64,000 nt of DNA from Macrostomum lignano (Eukaryota), in the NCBI GenBank assembly GCA_002269645.1, contig NIVC01000305.1:1-64000 (forward strand), read 5' to 3'. Shown here in pieces: positions 48,036 to 63,056 of this stretch. A program made the position numbers and the translations under genes. The first letter of the stretch is position 1. The number at the start of each line of letters is the position of its first letter. Under the pieces are notes generated by a model. The model worked only from the letters and a program-made list of their open reading frames with translations, did no database searches and was not told where the DNA came from.

Positions 48036-48470
48036 TCACATCCGCATTATTGAAAATCCTGCTTTATGTAATGTCATAATGGCCTTGATGACTTCAAAAT
48101 TGCTAGAAAAACCATATAAACTCTCACAACTATCAGAGCTGTTAAATCCATCTCCTGCCTTAATTGTAATACCTTTGTCTCTTGCAATCTTTTGCAATTC
48201 TAGCTGGTGAGCTCTATCATTACCAGCTTTAACAGCACTCGCTACACCTCCAGCTACACCACCTGCGGCACTTAGAGCACCGGTAATGATTGGGATAAGA
48301 GCTGCTAATTGAAGGATTCCTCCTGAATTTTTATCTGTGATGCTGTGTCTTTGCTCATTACACTGAACTATTTGCTGCATGGGATCGATTTTTACTTTGA
48401 CACCTTTAATTGTTAAAACGCCTGATTTCTTTGACTCGATGATTTGATAGATTTTTTTGGCAGTTTTCAT
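48036..48470 (-). CDS. Polinton/adintovirus small virion-core or membrane-active protein (GGILxLAALIP motif)
   Basis: Intact 144-aa ORF containing GGILQLAALIPIITGALSAAGGVAGGVASAV, a motif family I recall from Polinton small ORFs. Confidence 0.6.
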   Translation of the reverse strand: MKTAKKIYQIIESKKSGVLTIKGVKVKIDPMQQIVQCNEQRHSITDKNSGGILQLAALIPIITGALSAAGGVAGGVASAVKAGNDRAHQLELQKIARDKGITIKAGDGFNSSDSCESLYGFSSNFEVIKAIMTLHKAGFSIMRM

Positions 48471-48496
48471 TTCGATCTTAATTTTTTGTTTTATAT

Positions 48497-49420
48497 TTTT
48501 AAATTAATTTCTATGTCAGCTGGAATTACAAGTAGTTCACCTCTTGTGAATGAACGTGTAGGGGATTTAGGGTTAAACGCCTGAGATAAAAACTAAAAAG
48601 TAATAGTCACCAGATGTCTGTCTATTTTATGTACATCAAGACGGAAGCGATCTGTAGCTCTTCTTTTAGTTTCCTTCTCTAGTTCTTCAGGTAGAGATAA
48701 AAAGCGTAGAACTAAGAGTTTGTCAATATGTATGGCGATTCAACTCCTGAAAGCTTAGGGTAGTTTGAGGTGTGTGGTGTGTGTTGAGTGTGCGTTGAGT
48801 TGTGAGATTCTTTAAGTTCGACTTTGTCTTGTTTATTTGCATAAGAAGGTTTTAGTCCAATCATTCGTGTAACTTCATTATTAAGTTCATCTGTGACGCT
48901 AGGTAGATAGTCTACCCACTTGGTGTAGTATTGTCCTGTATTAAATTTCAACTCTTCAGCTGTCTGTTTAGTAAATAGCCTTTTAGCTAGAGTTTGATTA
49001 AACCTCTCCACTAACGCCTGATCCCTGTGTAGTTCCTTTTTACTATAGCGAATTCTTGTGAAATGCTTTCCCATAAGTGATTTCACCGCACCCATGAATT
49101 CTTTGCCTGAATCGGTCATTAAGATTTCTGGATAACTAAGCGGCGAGTTTTTATAAATATATTGTAGCGCATTAGCAACTGCTTCTGATTGTTTAGTCTT
49201 TAGTGGACGAGCTTCTTTATATCTAGAGGCGACATCAATCACTGTTAGAGCATACTTGTTCCCTGAATCGTTGGGGAGAAAGAGTAAGTCTGCTTGGTGC
49301 GCCTCATTCGGTCTAGAAATATTAAAGTGTGGCCTTTTAAATTCCATAGGTGGAAAATAGACTTGGAAAATAGCTTGTTTAGACAACCACTTTTCTACTG
49401 TAGACTTTGGTTCCTTACTT
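48497..49420 (-). pseudogene. Polinton retroviral-like (rve) integrase
   Basis: WLSKQAIFQ, HQADLL (D), TDSGKEF (D), VERFNQTL (E). The C-terminal RRATD...FTRGELLVIP lies in another frame at 48500-48710. N-terminus cut at ~49428. Confidence 0.9.
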
Positions 49421-49427
49421 AACTTTA

Positions 49428-49516
49428 ATTACAAAAATAAATAGCCTTTATCATTTCGTGTGGCTTGTTGTGAGGCTGAACCACACGAAATGATAAAGGC
49501 TATTGATTTTTGTAAT
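49428..49516. other. 36-bp near-perfect inverted repeat (1 mismatch, 17-nt loop) at the 5' junction of the Penelope fragment
   Basis: ATTACAAAAATAAATAGCCTTTATCATTTCGTGTGG (49428-49463) against its reverse complement at 49481-49516. Confidence 0.95.
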
Positions 49517-49657
49517 AGAGTTCACATGCTCTGCCTATTAGAAGCCCTGTACATTAAGACCAAACTTACTTGACTTAGCTGCAGGGGGCTCCGTGCGTCC
49601 GGAAACAGCGAGGAGGCGTTGCCGCCCATTTCGCTAACCCCTGGCGACCACGGGCAG

Positions 49658-53403
<3,746 letters not shown>

Positions 53404-53407
<4 letters not shown>

Positions 53408-54861
53408 GGCGAGTTGTGCAGGAGAGCTGCCTCTTCTGCCTCGCCGATAACTCCAGGCTCCAGCTCCATGGGCTCCTCCCGGATGGATTCCATGGTCGAG
53501 GGCGAGGTCGCTACCTGGGCGGCATTCTCGCTCTCGGCCCGGTTTTCCGGGGGGGCCGCAGTGGTGACACTGGGCTGGGGGTGGCTGCGGTTGGGGGCCT
53601 TGGCGGTGTCCAGCAGCTGTTTCGCGCGCTGAGTCAGACCAGAGCGGATGGTGTTCCGGCCCTTTCCACGTCCGCCTGTTGCTGCAGCTTTCGCGGCTTT
53701 CCCTCTGACAGGGTCCACGTCCTCGGAGGGGTCGTGACGACCGGGAGCTTCTTTTCCTGGGCGTTTCCGCCCGGCAGAGCCCCCGACTGCCCGCTTACGC
53801 TTCTCCGGGGGCGGTGGGCGGGTGGCGTCAGACTCAAAGCTAAAGAGCTGAATCTGCAACAGCCCGACAGAGATGATGGACATGTCCGGGTAGCGGAGCA
53901 TCCAGCTATCCGACAGTCCAAGAATAGCCGTGAAACCGTCTCCGCCTGGCTTGGAGATGGTCTCGTGAACTACGACACCGTTGGCCGGTAGCTCCGGGTT
54001 GGAAGCCACTAGCAGGTGACGCAGCTCGTCGGCCTTGGTGATGCAGCTGCGAGCCGGGATCCAGGCACGGTGCCGGTGTGTCCGGGGTCGCTCGTCCTCC
54101 CTGTAGATAAACAGGTTCTCCAGCTCCGTACCCCAGTCGAAGGTTTTCAGCAGCTCGAGGAGCTGCTGTCCTGACTGGCTGTCGGTGGGCTGGATATAGA
54201 GGGCTTGGTCCTCGACTTTCGTCTTTTGGACTCGAATAGTAGTGCCGCTCAAGGCCATCTTGACCAGGTGGGAGTCCAACCTGCGCCAGATAAGGTCGAG
54301 CTGTTCGGCCGTAAGAGGCGTCTCCTGGCCTTGGATAACCAGGGCCGGCTGCCTTTTGGCCATAGCCGCGTAGGTTCGCTTCGGCTTTGTGGTTTGGCCA
54401 GCGCCCCCCGCTTTGGATCCCTCCACGGCCGTGGGAGCTTCCACACGGGCAGAGGTCCGGTCACGGGAGGGGCCAGCCGCACCAGGAGTTTCGGCGGCAC
54501 CTGACGCATCAGACCGGCGCGCGGGGTCCACCCCCTTGTCGGATGTCGGCACCTCCGCGGGGTTCGCAGAGTTACCGGCACCCTCCTCAGAGGTGGCCGG
54601 AGGGGCGGCTTTCGCATTCCTCCGTTCCTCCGCTTTGCGCTGGAGAAAGGCTTTGTAGCGAGCAATGCTACGGGCCTTCTTTTTCGAAATCTGAGGTCCG
54701 CTGTCTTGTCCAGCCACTCCGGTATTATCCTGAGCGGCGGTAGCGGCAGATTGAGAGGCACCGGGGGTTCCGGTGTTGCGAATGTCCGGCTGGGCCGCGG
54801 TGCCAACCTCGGTTGGTGCTCCAGCAGCCTCGGACGTGTCGGAGGTAAATGAATACTCCAT
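53404..54861 (-). CDS. LINE ORF1 (nucleic-acid-binding, DUF4780-like central domain)
   Basis: Intact 485-aa ORF upstream of and overlapping ORF2, with low-complexity basic termini. The central domain resembles Loa/Lian ORF1 (from memory, not searched). Confidence 0.8.
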
Positions 54862-55747
54862 GAGTCGCTGAAAGGCGAGTGGGGACTAAAGGTGAGAAGC
54901 CGCTGGGCCGTAACCCCAAACCCAACAACCAGGCCAAGAGGTAGCGACCGGGGGTGGCTTAAGCCCGTACCGGCCCGACCGCTAGCAACCGAGAAACTCC
55001 CCGGCTAAGAGCCCGGCTTGGAAAAACCAGAGGCCGAACCAAAGGACCATCAGCACGGTACTACACTGGGCCCTTGAGGGAAGCAGGAGGACTGCCTCCG
55101 GAGCCTGCGGACTGGCCGCATACCCTGTTAAGGTCAGAGGGTGGTACCTGTTCCTCAGAGCCGTGGCCAGAGGTACCTGATACGCACAGGTGCACTTCCG
55201 GGCGGAGCCCGTACATAACTTGGCCAAAAGGCCACGGATGGGTTGCCGCCGCCGGAGCCCAGTCAGTCCAGCAGCCCTGGAGCTGCCTTGAACACATGCG
55301 GGGCGTGAACCCCTGGGTCGGCTTGCGAGTCAGCTTGGAGAGAGTTCTCCTGCCATTCCTGCACCAGAATAGAGGGGGTGCAGGTGTGTAGGATCGCAGA
55401 CCTTAGCCCGTAGGCCTAGTCTGTCTCATGCTACACAGGCGTGCTGTACCCGCCATTGCATGCTTAAGACCAAACAGCCCACGTTAAATAACCAACTTGC
55501 GATGGGTGGGGCTAGCCGTCAACTCAGATTTTTTTAGCTGATTTGTCAATGACCGGACTGGCTTGAAACTGATATGCACTTTACCCAACCAATACTGTAT
55601 CAAAAATTGATTACTATGTACAAGTTTTAAACCATCAATTAAAAACTCAATTCAACTACACTTGGTACTCTCAACTATCTATGTAGTAAAGTTCTTTTAG
55701 TTTCTCGTCCGACATTTTTATTAATTATTTTTTTATAACAAATAAAA

Positions 55748-56188
55748 ATGTCGCGTTCCAAACCACGCTTAGATGCCCATGGTGTGCTAGAAAAGCTTCC
55801 TCGCCCGATTAAAGGTTGGAAAATCCCTGGTTATAAATACTGTGGACCTCTGAACCCGCTTGAAATACAATTGGATGAAAAAAATAAGCCAAGAAAAGGA
55901 CACGAACCAGTAGATGAGTTGGACTCTATCTGTATGGAGCATGACATAGGCTGTAAATTTTTTCCTGATGAGAAGTCTAGGTGGGACCGGGACATGCTCA
56001 AAAAACTAGATGAGATAGGACCTTCTAGTGGATTTCGAGAGTCCATGGCACGAAAACTTGTCAAAGCTGTCATTTCTGGGAAGGTGAAATTGGGACTGGG
56101 ATTTGTAAAAAAGTGTTTTGTATTGCAGACACCAAATAAAGAAATAGAAAGACAATTGAAAGAAATTGGAGTTAAAAAAATTACTTAG
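55748..56188 (+). CDS. Parvovirus-VP1-like phospholipase A2 domain protein of Polinton/adintovirus (PLA2X)
   Basis: IPGYKYCGP Ca-binding loop; DELDSICMEHD catalytic HD; DRDML; C-terminal KVKLGLG. Confidence 0.85.
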   Translation: MSRSKPRLDAHGVLEKLPRPIKGWKIPGYKYCGPLNPLEIQLDEKNKPRKGHEPVDELDSICMEHDIGCKFFPDEKSRWDRDMLKKLDEIGPSSGFRESMARKLVKAVISGKVKLGLGFVKKCFVLQTPNKEIERQLKEIGVKKIT

Positions 56189-56267
56189 GTTTGCTATTTT
56201 TTACGTATTTTTTGCCGCTGCATAATGTTTGAGAGCGTTCTCAATTTCATTTCTCAGCTGATTCATC

Positions 56268-56757
56268 TCAACATTCAAGTTGGTTGAATTTTTTGTTGGT
56301 TTTATTATAAAGATTTTGGGTGGCTTTAAACTCATCGTCTGAGATGAACTTGTCCTCAATTGCTTTTGAAATGTAGCCGATGATTGATGTGTGAACTCCT
56401 TTCTCATTTATTTGCTTCTCCTGTAGCTGTTTAAGTTTCTTTTGTCGATTGCACGCCAGCGCTCCACTGATTGCTGAGATAAGACCACATGCAGCACCTA
56501 CAGAGCCAAGTGGAATGGCGATTGGAATTGTAATGGCTGGCAACACTGAGGCTGCAGATGCTGAACCTGTTAGAACAGACACAGACCCGAGAGTAATATT
56601 ACTGTACTCAAAATATCTGCAGTGAGCATTGTAGCGTTTGATTTTCTTTGTGTTGTGTTTTATTTATTTTCAAAGTCTTCTCGCATCTTTTTAATCTCCA
56701 CCAATCGAACTTGTTGAGAGTTACAAGTAATGACAGGGTAGAGTTTTTGCTGCTCAT
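56268..56757 (-). pseudogene. Conserved Polinton hydrophobic small protein (ISKAIED..ISDDEF family), frameshifted
   Basis: QQVRLVEIKKMREDFE at the 5' end, a hydrophobic hairpin (LGSVSVLTGSASAASVLPAITIPIAIPLG) and YISKAIEDKFISDDEF. Confidence 0.65.
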
Positions 56758-57005
56758 AGTGAGGTGCACTAGGTGCTTGGGTTGCATTCGGTTCATAAAG
56801 TGAATTTTGAGCGTCCATTTTTAGGGAATTTTTTAAAAATTGTCAACTAGCTGGTGATCTGTTTTACGTTTGATTGTTTAGTCTGCAGTGACGGCAACGG
56901 GTCTCATCGAATCTGCCTCTTCATTGTCTATGTTTTTGAGCTTATGCAAGCGTTCAAGCCGACTGATTCTTCTCAACGATTTCTGCCATTCGGTAAAACT
57001 TAAAT

Positions 57006-57353
57006 CTATATAAAGCGTTTACATGCTTCAATTCTTTCATTGTTCCGATCATGCAACGCTGTTGACTGAGTCATGAACTCCTCTAAATTACTCACTTTGC
57101 CTGTGTTTGTGGAAACTCTTCCTTCAATAATATGCATCCGGCTATCAGTGGCATTTCTCAGATGATTAATTGTCGATGCTAAATTTGTTCTCAAGCCATT
57201 AATTTGCGTGACTACCGAAGTTATTTCTGACTTTAGTTCATTAGTTGCGTGTGCAAACTGCATATAAAGCTTATCACTTTCAAACTTCTGCTTAGCTACT
57301 TTATATCGGAGTTCTTCTATGTTTATTTGCAGTTGGTGTACCGACCGTTCCAT
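57006..57353 (-). CDS. Coiled-coil protein within the Polinton, function unknown
   Basis: 115-aa heptad-rich ORF. Probably the 3' part of a gene starting MSVNFAGES at ~57482 with a frameshift. Confidence 0.4.
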   Translation of the reverse strand: MERSVHQLQINIEELRYKVAKQKFESDKLYMQFAHATNELKSEITSVVTQINGLRTNLASTINHLRNATDSRMHIIEGRVSTNTGKVSNLEEFMTQSTALHDRNNERIEACKRFI

Positions 57354-57489
57354 TTGTTTTATTCGATTTTTTATTGGCTCGATCTCTGGGATCTCTTCAT
57401 CAGTGTTAATATAGCGCCTGTCAAGAAGGTTGTCGTGAGAGTTCCATTGCCTGTAGTTGACTCACCTGCAAAATTTACTGACATTTTTA

Positions 57490-58263
57490 AATGAAAGAAT
57501 AAAAAATTCTAAAATTCTGTTCTCCTTGTTACTCATGACAAACTGATAGGGTTGGTTTCACTTTTCATAGCACAGGTTCACAAATTCATCCTGTGATATT
57601 TTTCTCTTTTGAGAGTTGGGATTAGTAAAATGAGATGGTGAAATTACTTCATTAGAAAATCTTTTCAGTCGATCCTGTGGTATGGTTGGGAAAAGGAGAA
57701 TCAAATTACAGTTACCTCTAATTGTTTTATTTGGCAATTCAAACCAGTTTTGGGCAATATAAATAACATTGCAGTTATTGTGCCTTACCCCGGGTAAAAT
57801 AATTTTCTATCTGTTTCTGGGGACCGGTCATGCAGTCATCAAAGACAATCAGGTGCTTTCTTCCCTTTTCTAGTTCATCAGGTTGTGGAAGAGTTTAGTT
57901 TTAGGATCTATCTGTGGATCTCCATAAGTGAAAACTTTAATGTTCAGTGGCTACAACTTCTGGGTTGCTGTTGAGGTCTTTTTGATGTCTAAAACACTGA
58001 ATAATACCTTCCTTGTTGAGTTTGTTTTGCAATCCTGCTACTAGCATTTTATATTCATCTTGGTACAGAGTGGGTGAATAGATATGTAGTGTGTCATAAT
58101 CGAGGAATCCAGGTCTGAGGAGCATGTTAAAAACTCTGAAGGTTTTCCCTGACCCAGATGAGCCAACAACAATGCATCGGAAGTGCCATGGAATTATCTC
58201 GTTGTGAGCAAATTTTATCTGATTGCGTGTCCAGTGGGGATGAAAGTCGTTTGTGAAGTCCAT
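57490..58263 (-). pseudogene. A32/FtsK-like DNA packaging ATPase of Polinton
   Basis: Walker A GSSGSGKT, Walker B HLIVFDD, TRVRHNNC..IYIAQNWF..IRGNCN. Broken after 57937 and by a later TGA. Confidence 0.9.
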
Positions 58264-58466
58264 TTTTTTATGTAAAAAAACTTTTTCTTTTTAAACTTGT
58301 GTATTTAAGACGCGTGTGTCTCTTTGCGGGATGTGTATGTGTGTGTCTCTTTGCGGGATGTGTGTGTCTTTTTTTTCGGGTTGTGTGTGTCTTTTTTTGA
58401 CTAGTCCTACATCCGACTAGTCCTACACCCTTACACCTCTTTTACCGTCAGGGTGCACCAAATTAG

Positions 58467-58740
58467 TCAAGTTTAAAACCGCCTCCTTTCTTATATTCAG
58501 CTCTCATCTTTGCGTAGATGGCTGGATCGACACTATCTGCACTCGGTGCAAGGGGTTGAATATCTGGTATTGATTTCCGGGTTTCATTAACCGTATTCTT
58601 TATCTTTTTGGCTGCTGTGGCTACACTGCCAGCCGTTCGGCAACGTTCTTGATGTTCTCTTTGTTCTCTCCAATGACCTTAAAAATCTTGGCCCCCTGAG
58701 CGATCAAATCAGCAAGGCCATTCCCAGAGCGTTCTTTTGA
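58467..58740 (-). pseudogene. Polinton small ORF, diverged tandem copy B
   Basis: KERSGNGLADLIAQGAKIFKVIGENKENIKNVAE...DPAIYAKMRAEYKKGGGFKLD*, with one frameshift. Confidence 0.65.
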
Positions 58741-58876
58741 TTGCGTGTTCAATGGGGATAGAAGTCATTTGAAAAGTCCATTTTTATTTTATTTTCATTT
58801 ATTTTTATGTGTCTTTTTTGTTAAAGCTTTGTCTCTTTCTGTCACCTGTGTGTCTTTTTTCAACAGGTCTTGCACC

Positions 58877-59215
58877 CTAGTCAAATTTAAAGCCACTTCC
58901 TTTCTTAAGTTCGGCTCTCAATTTTGCGTAGATAGATGGATCAATACTGTCAGCGGTTGGAGCAAGAGGAGCAAGAGGTTGAACACCTGTGTTTCGTTTG
59001 CTCTCATTGACTGTATCCTTAATCTTTTTAGCTGCTGTAGCTACACTACTGGCTCCTTCAGCAATATTCTTTATGTTTTCTTTGTTCTCACCAACCACCT
59101 TAAAGATCCGAGCCCCTTGTGTGATCAGATCGGCGAGGCTATTCCCAGAGCGTTCTTTCTACAGAATACACCAGAATGCTCAATCAGCTTCCAGATCGAA
59201 AGCCAAAATTTAAAA
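58877..59215 (-). CDS. Polinton small ORF, copy A
   Basis: ...ERSGNSLADLITQGARIFKVVGENKENIKNIAEG...DPSIYAKLRAELKKGSGFKFD*. Confidence 0.6.
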
Positions 59216-59384
59216 CCATAGACACTACTCCGTGTACGTGTGTCTCAAGTAGTAGCAGTTAAGACATTAGCATTTTACATTGCTAAGTGAGCCATTGCGC
59301 ATTGCTGTTTCTAATCCAGGCTATATTAAACTAGAAACTAGAAACATAGATGTAGCTTTATATGCAAAACTACTGAATATTTTC

Positions 59385-60020
59385 AATAAAATTCGTATTC
59401 AGCAAGTAAAGCTCAGCATAACAGCAGGGTCTAAACAAGCCGCTGTATGATATATGTAGATCATTCCTGGTTTCGAAATCCTGATCAGAAGTTCCTGTCC
59501 CATTTCCAAGTTCGAACTCCTAGGTTGAAAATTTCCAAATAGATTCTATGAACTGACTGTAGTTAGATGCTCTGTAAAAGAAGCCGTCAGTGTGCGTCTT
59601 ATCAGACGGTGTTCACCCTGGTCAGACAGCAGCCGTCTTTCAAAGCTTGCTCAAGCGAATCCCATGCTGCATATTCGATTTCGATCTTAAGAATGTCAAT
59701 AGTCGAATTTCCCAGCACAAGTTTTTGAATCAGTTGGCACAGAGAGCGCATCTTCCATTCTTTGGGTGAGGTTTCATTGCTGTAAAAACATGATCTGTTC
59801 CCATGCTTGTGATCCTTCACGCCTAGCATGTTGAGGTCGAACATAAAAGCTGCACACCTAAAAGTATCAAACGGCTTGCTGAAGCCGTCCCAACCGCCAT
59901 CGCTTATGAACCCGATATACTTGCTCATAGAACAGAAGATATCATCTTGTCTGCAAGCTGATAGTACAGATACCCCAATCGAGTCTGAGATATGGCAATA
60001 AGGTTGGCTCGACATGCCAA
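59385..60020 (-). pseudogene. METTL24: METTL24-like (Methyltransf_22) methyltransferase pseudogene
   Basis: GFISDGGWD, FDLNM, DHKHGNR, WKMRSL, TIDILKIEIE, and CCYAELYLLNTNF in a shifted frame. Internal deletions and stops. Confidence 0.75.
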
Positions 60021-60022
60021 GT

Positions 60023-61081
60023 AGGCATGAAAGGTGAAGAGTTTTGCACCTTCTGCCTCACTTTTGCCTCTCTTATACCTATTTTGTTCCACTTGTGCAC
60101 CGCGTGTTCGCCTGAGTGCCTCTGCAGGATCAAAAGGTGAATTTAAGGCACGAAATAGGCGGTAGGGGCACAGGTGTCGTAGGGGAGTTAGATGCATAAA
60201 AGGTGTAGAGCGTGCACAGGGACAAGTAGTTTTAGTTAGTTTTAGTTTAGTTGTCCCTGAGTGTGCATTAGAGGCACAAAAGGTGAACAAACGGTGCACA
60301 GTGGGCACTTTAGGCGTAGAAGCAATTCAAGGGGCGTTCCAACTTGCGAAAGTTCTTTGCCACTTTTCCTCACTATTCTTTGAACAGATTCAAAACTTTT
60401 CCTCACTAATGCAAAACTTTTCACCACTTTTCGGAACTTTTCCTTAGTATTTAAAAGTCATTGGAACTTATCAGTATAGGAAATGTTTACTTTCGTGGTT
60501 TGCCAGAATCAGGAAGGGGCCGGATAGCAGCGATTATAGTATAGGTGTATAAATAAAGCTTTTTTATGTTTAACCTGTGCCTGTAATGTAACTCTCTGTT
60601 AATTTTTTGTTACTAACTATTAATACGTTAAAATTAGTGCATGGGCATAAAAGGTGAGCGAGGTGCACAAGAGGCACTTTAGGGGTCTGTTTCGAGCGTG
60701 TTTTGGAAATGCACCTGTATACATGTACATATTTACACCGTACATGCACACCCTACGGATCTCTAATTCACCTTTCATGGGGTTTCTGCTGCACTCCTCA
60801 GCATCTCCCGTACACCTGCTGTGCCTCACTTGTGAGCCTACTCTTTACCTTTTGCATACCTCCATTGCCCCTTATAACCTTTACTGCCCCTACCGCCGCA
60901 GCCAATCAAAATTGACCATTCCTCTAATGCCTGACCACTTCACCGATTGTACACGTACACCTTTCATGCCTCCTTTCAAAAATATTGGTGACATTAAGGC
61001 ATAAAAGGTGCACTCAGGTGCAGTTCCAAAACACACACGATAAAGTGCCTCTTTTGTGCACCTCGCTCACCTTTTATGCCT
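60023..61081. mobile_element. Unclassified MITE-like DNA element(s) with repeated GGCAT(A/G)AAAGGTG motifs in both orientations
   Basis: Inverted pairs AGGCATGAAAGGTG (60023) / CACCTTTCATGCCT (60971) and 60997/61081. A ~70-bp inverted repeat at 60646-60718 vs 61015-61080. No TSD identified. Confidence 0.55.
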
Positions 61082-61149
61082 CTGTAGGTACATAACTTTT
61101 CCAATGGGCATCCTGGGGTCCTTTCAAAATTGGATTGGATCTCCTCTTA

Positions 61150-62060
61150 TCATTCTTCACAATAAAGTCAATAAAGCTTCGAATGTTTTTTCTTGATATT
61201 GGCAGAGTAGCTACCCAAGAAATGCACGCTAATGTAGCTTAAGTAAATAATTCTGGCATCTCATGAAGTGTTTGCTTCACGTGCACTTACATAACATTGT
61301 CGAAATCCAACACCTTTTAGTTCCATCAGAGCACGAATATTTCTCTAAAGCTCATCAGACGTCGAAAATTTTGTTGCGTCGAATCGAATATTTAAGAGGT
61401 AGCTGCTTTGTCAGTCTGAACAAAATGTCAGTCACGGCAGTTTTTAGCTGTAAAAAACTTCCCGGCTGGATGTCGATTTTCAACTCGTCGATCACCGATT
61501 TCTCCACTTTGAACCGCTTCAGAAGCCCATATACGCGTCGTAGGTGTTTGTACCGAAAATTTCGTTAGTTGAGAAATTATCTAGTCCCTACCTGAGCAAT
61601 TGAATCTGTTTGCTGTACAGTCGATTAGATCACAAAATTTTCGGGTAAACTGACAATGCGTAGCAGCCATAAACTATGGAGAAGTGTTCTACGAACACCA
61701 GAGAAGTCACGTTGTCGTCAAATGAGAAGATGTAAAAAGGCTGAGTGAGACCTTATTGGCCCACCGTGCACACGCTGCATTCAGTCCCATTTTTACCGAC
61801 TTCGACCATTGCAATTTGGATATTGTCGAGTCGTGATAGAGCTCCGTTGACTGCTTTAGCCTCTGTTTGAATATATTTTCCAACTATGGTTTTGTCTTGC
61901 TTTGCAGTTGGTGTCCAGTAAAGAGCTCAGGACGCTCGTTGGCTTCACAGTGCCGTCATTCCAGATTGCGGAATTATGTTCCCAAGGATAAAAAACTGCT
62001 TCTTGATTTACGAATTAAAGTTTCAAGAAGTTTGCGTCGATTAGTTCAATTTAGAATCTA
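61150..62060 (-). pseudogene. Second, highly diverged METTL24-like pseudogene
   Basis: Minus-strand frames give CSVCTVG..FYIFSFDD..FVEHFSIVYGC, VIDELKIDIQ and LMELKGVGFR. Many stops. Confidence 0.55.
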
Positions 62061-62062
62061 AC

Positions 62063-63056
62063 TGACATTAAGGCATAAAAGGTGCACTGGTGCAGTTCCA
62101 GATAAAGTACCTCGCTCATTTTATGCGTAGGTACATAGCATCCTGTCCTTTCAAAATTATTGCTCCTCTTATCATGTCAATAAAGCTAATGTTTTTTCTT
62201 GATATTGGCAGAGTAGCTTGCACGCTAATGTAGCTTAAGTAAATGCATCTCATGAAGTGTTTGCTTCACGTGCACTTACATAACATTGTCGAAATCCAAC
62301 ACCTTTTAGTTCCATCAGAGCACGAATATTTCTCTAAAGCTCATCAGACGTCGAAAATTTTGTTGCGTCGAATCGAATATTTAAGAGGTAGCTGCTTTGT
62401 CAGTCTGAACAAAATGTCAGTCACGGCAGTTTTTAGCTGTAAAAAACTTCCCGGCTGGATGTCGATTTTCAACTCGTCGATCACCGATTTCTCCACTTTG
62501 AACCGCTTCAGAAGCCCATATACGCGTCGTAGGTGTTTGTACCGAAAATTTCGTTAGTTGAGAAATTATCTAGTCCCTACCTGAGCAATTGAATCTGTTT
62601 GCTGTACAGTCGATTAGATCACAAAATTTTCGGGTAAACTGACAATGCGTAGCAGCCATAAACTATGGAGAAGTGTTCTACGAACACCAGAGAAGTCACG
62701 TTGTCGTCAAATGAGAAGATGTAAAAAGGCTGAGTGAGACCTTATTGGCCCACCGTGCACACGCTGCATTCAGTCCCATTTTTACCGACTTCGACCATTG
62801 CAATTTGGATATTGTCGAGTCGTGATAGAGCTCCGTTGACTGCTTTAGCCTCTGTTTGAATATATTTTCCAACTATGGTTTTGTCTTGCTTTGCAGTTGG
62901 TGTCCAGTAAAGAGCTCAGGACGCTCGTTGGCTTCACAGTGCCGTCATTCCAGATTGCGGAATTATGTTCCCAAGGATAAAAAACTGCTTCTTGATTTAC
63001 GAATTAAAGTTTCAAGAAGTTTGCGTCGATTAGTTCAATTTAGAATCTAACTGACT
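62063..63056 (-). repeat. Tandem duplicate of ~60989-62066 (possible assembly artefact)
   Basis: 62246-63056 appears identical to 61257-62066 by eye. The first ~190 bp is a deletion-riddled version of 60989-61260. Confidence 0.9.

Noticed and set aside
61330-61370. Hammerhead-like CTGATGAG...GAAA on the minus strand (also at ~62330)
   Set aside because: No stem II can form. The motif lies inside the decayed methyltransferase coding relic.
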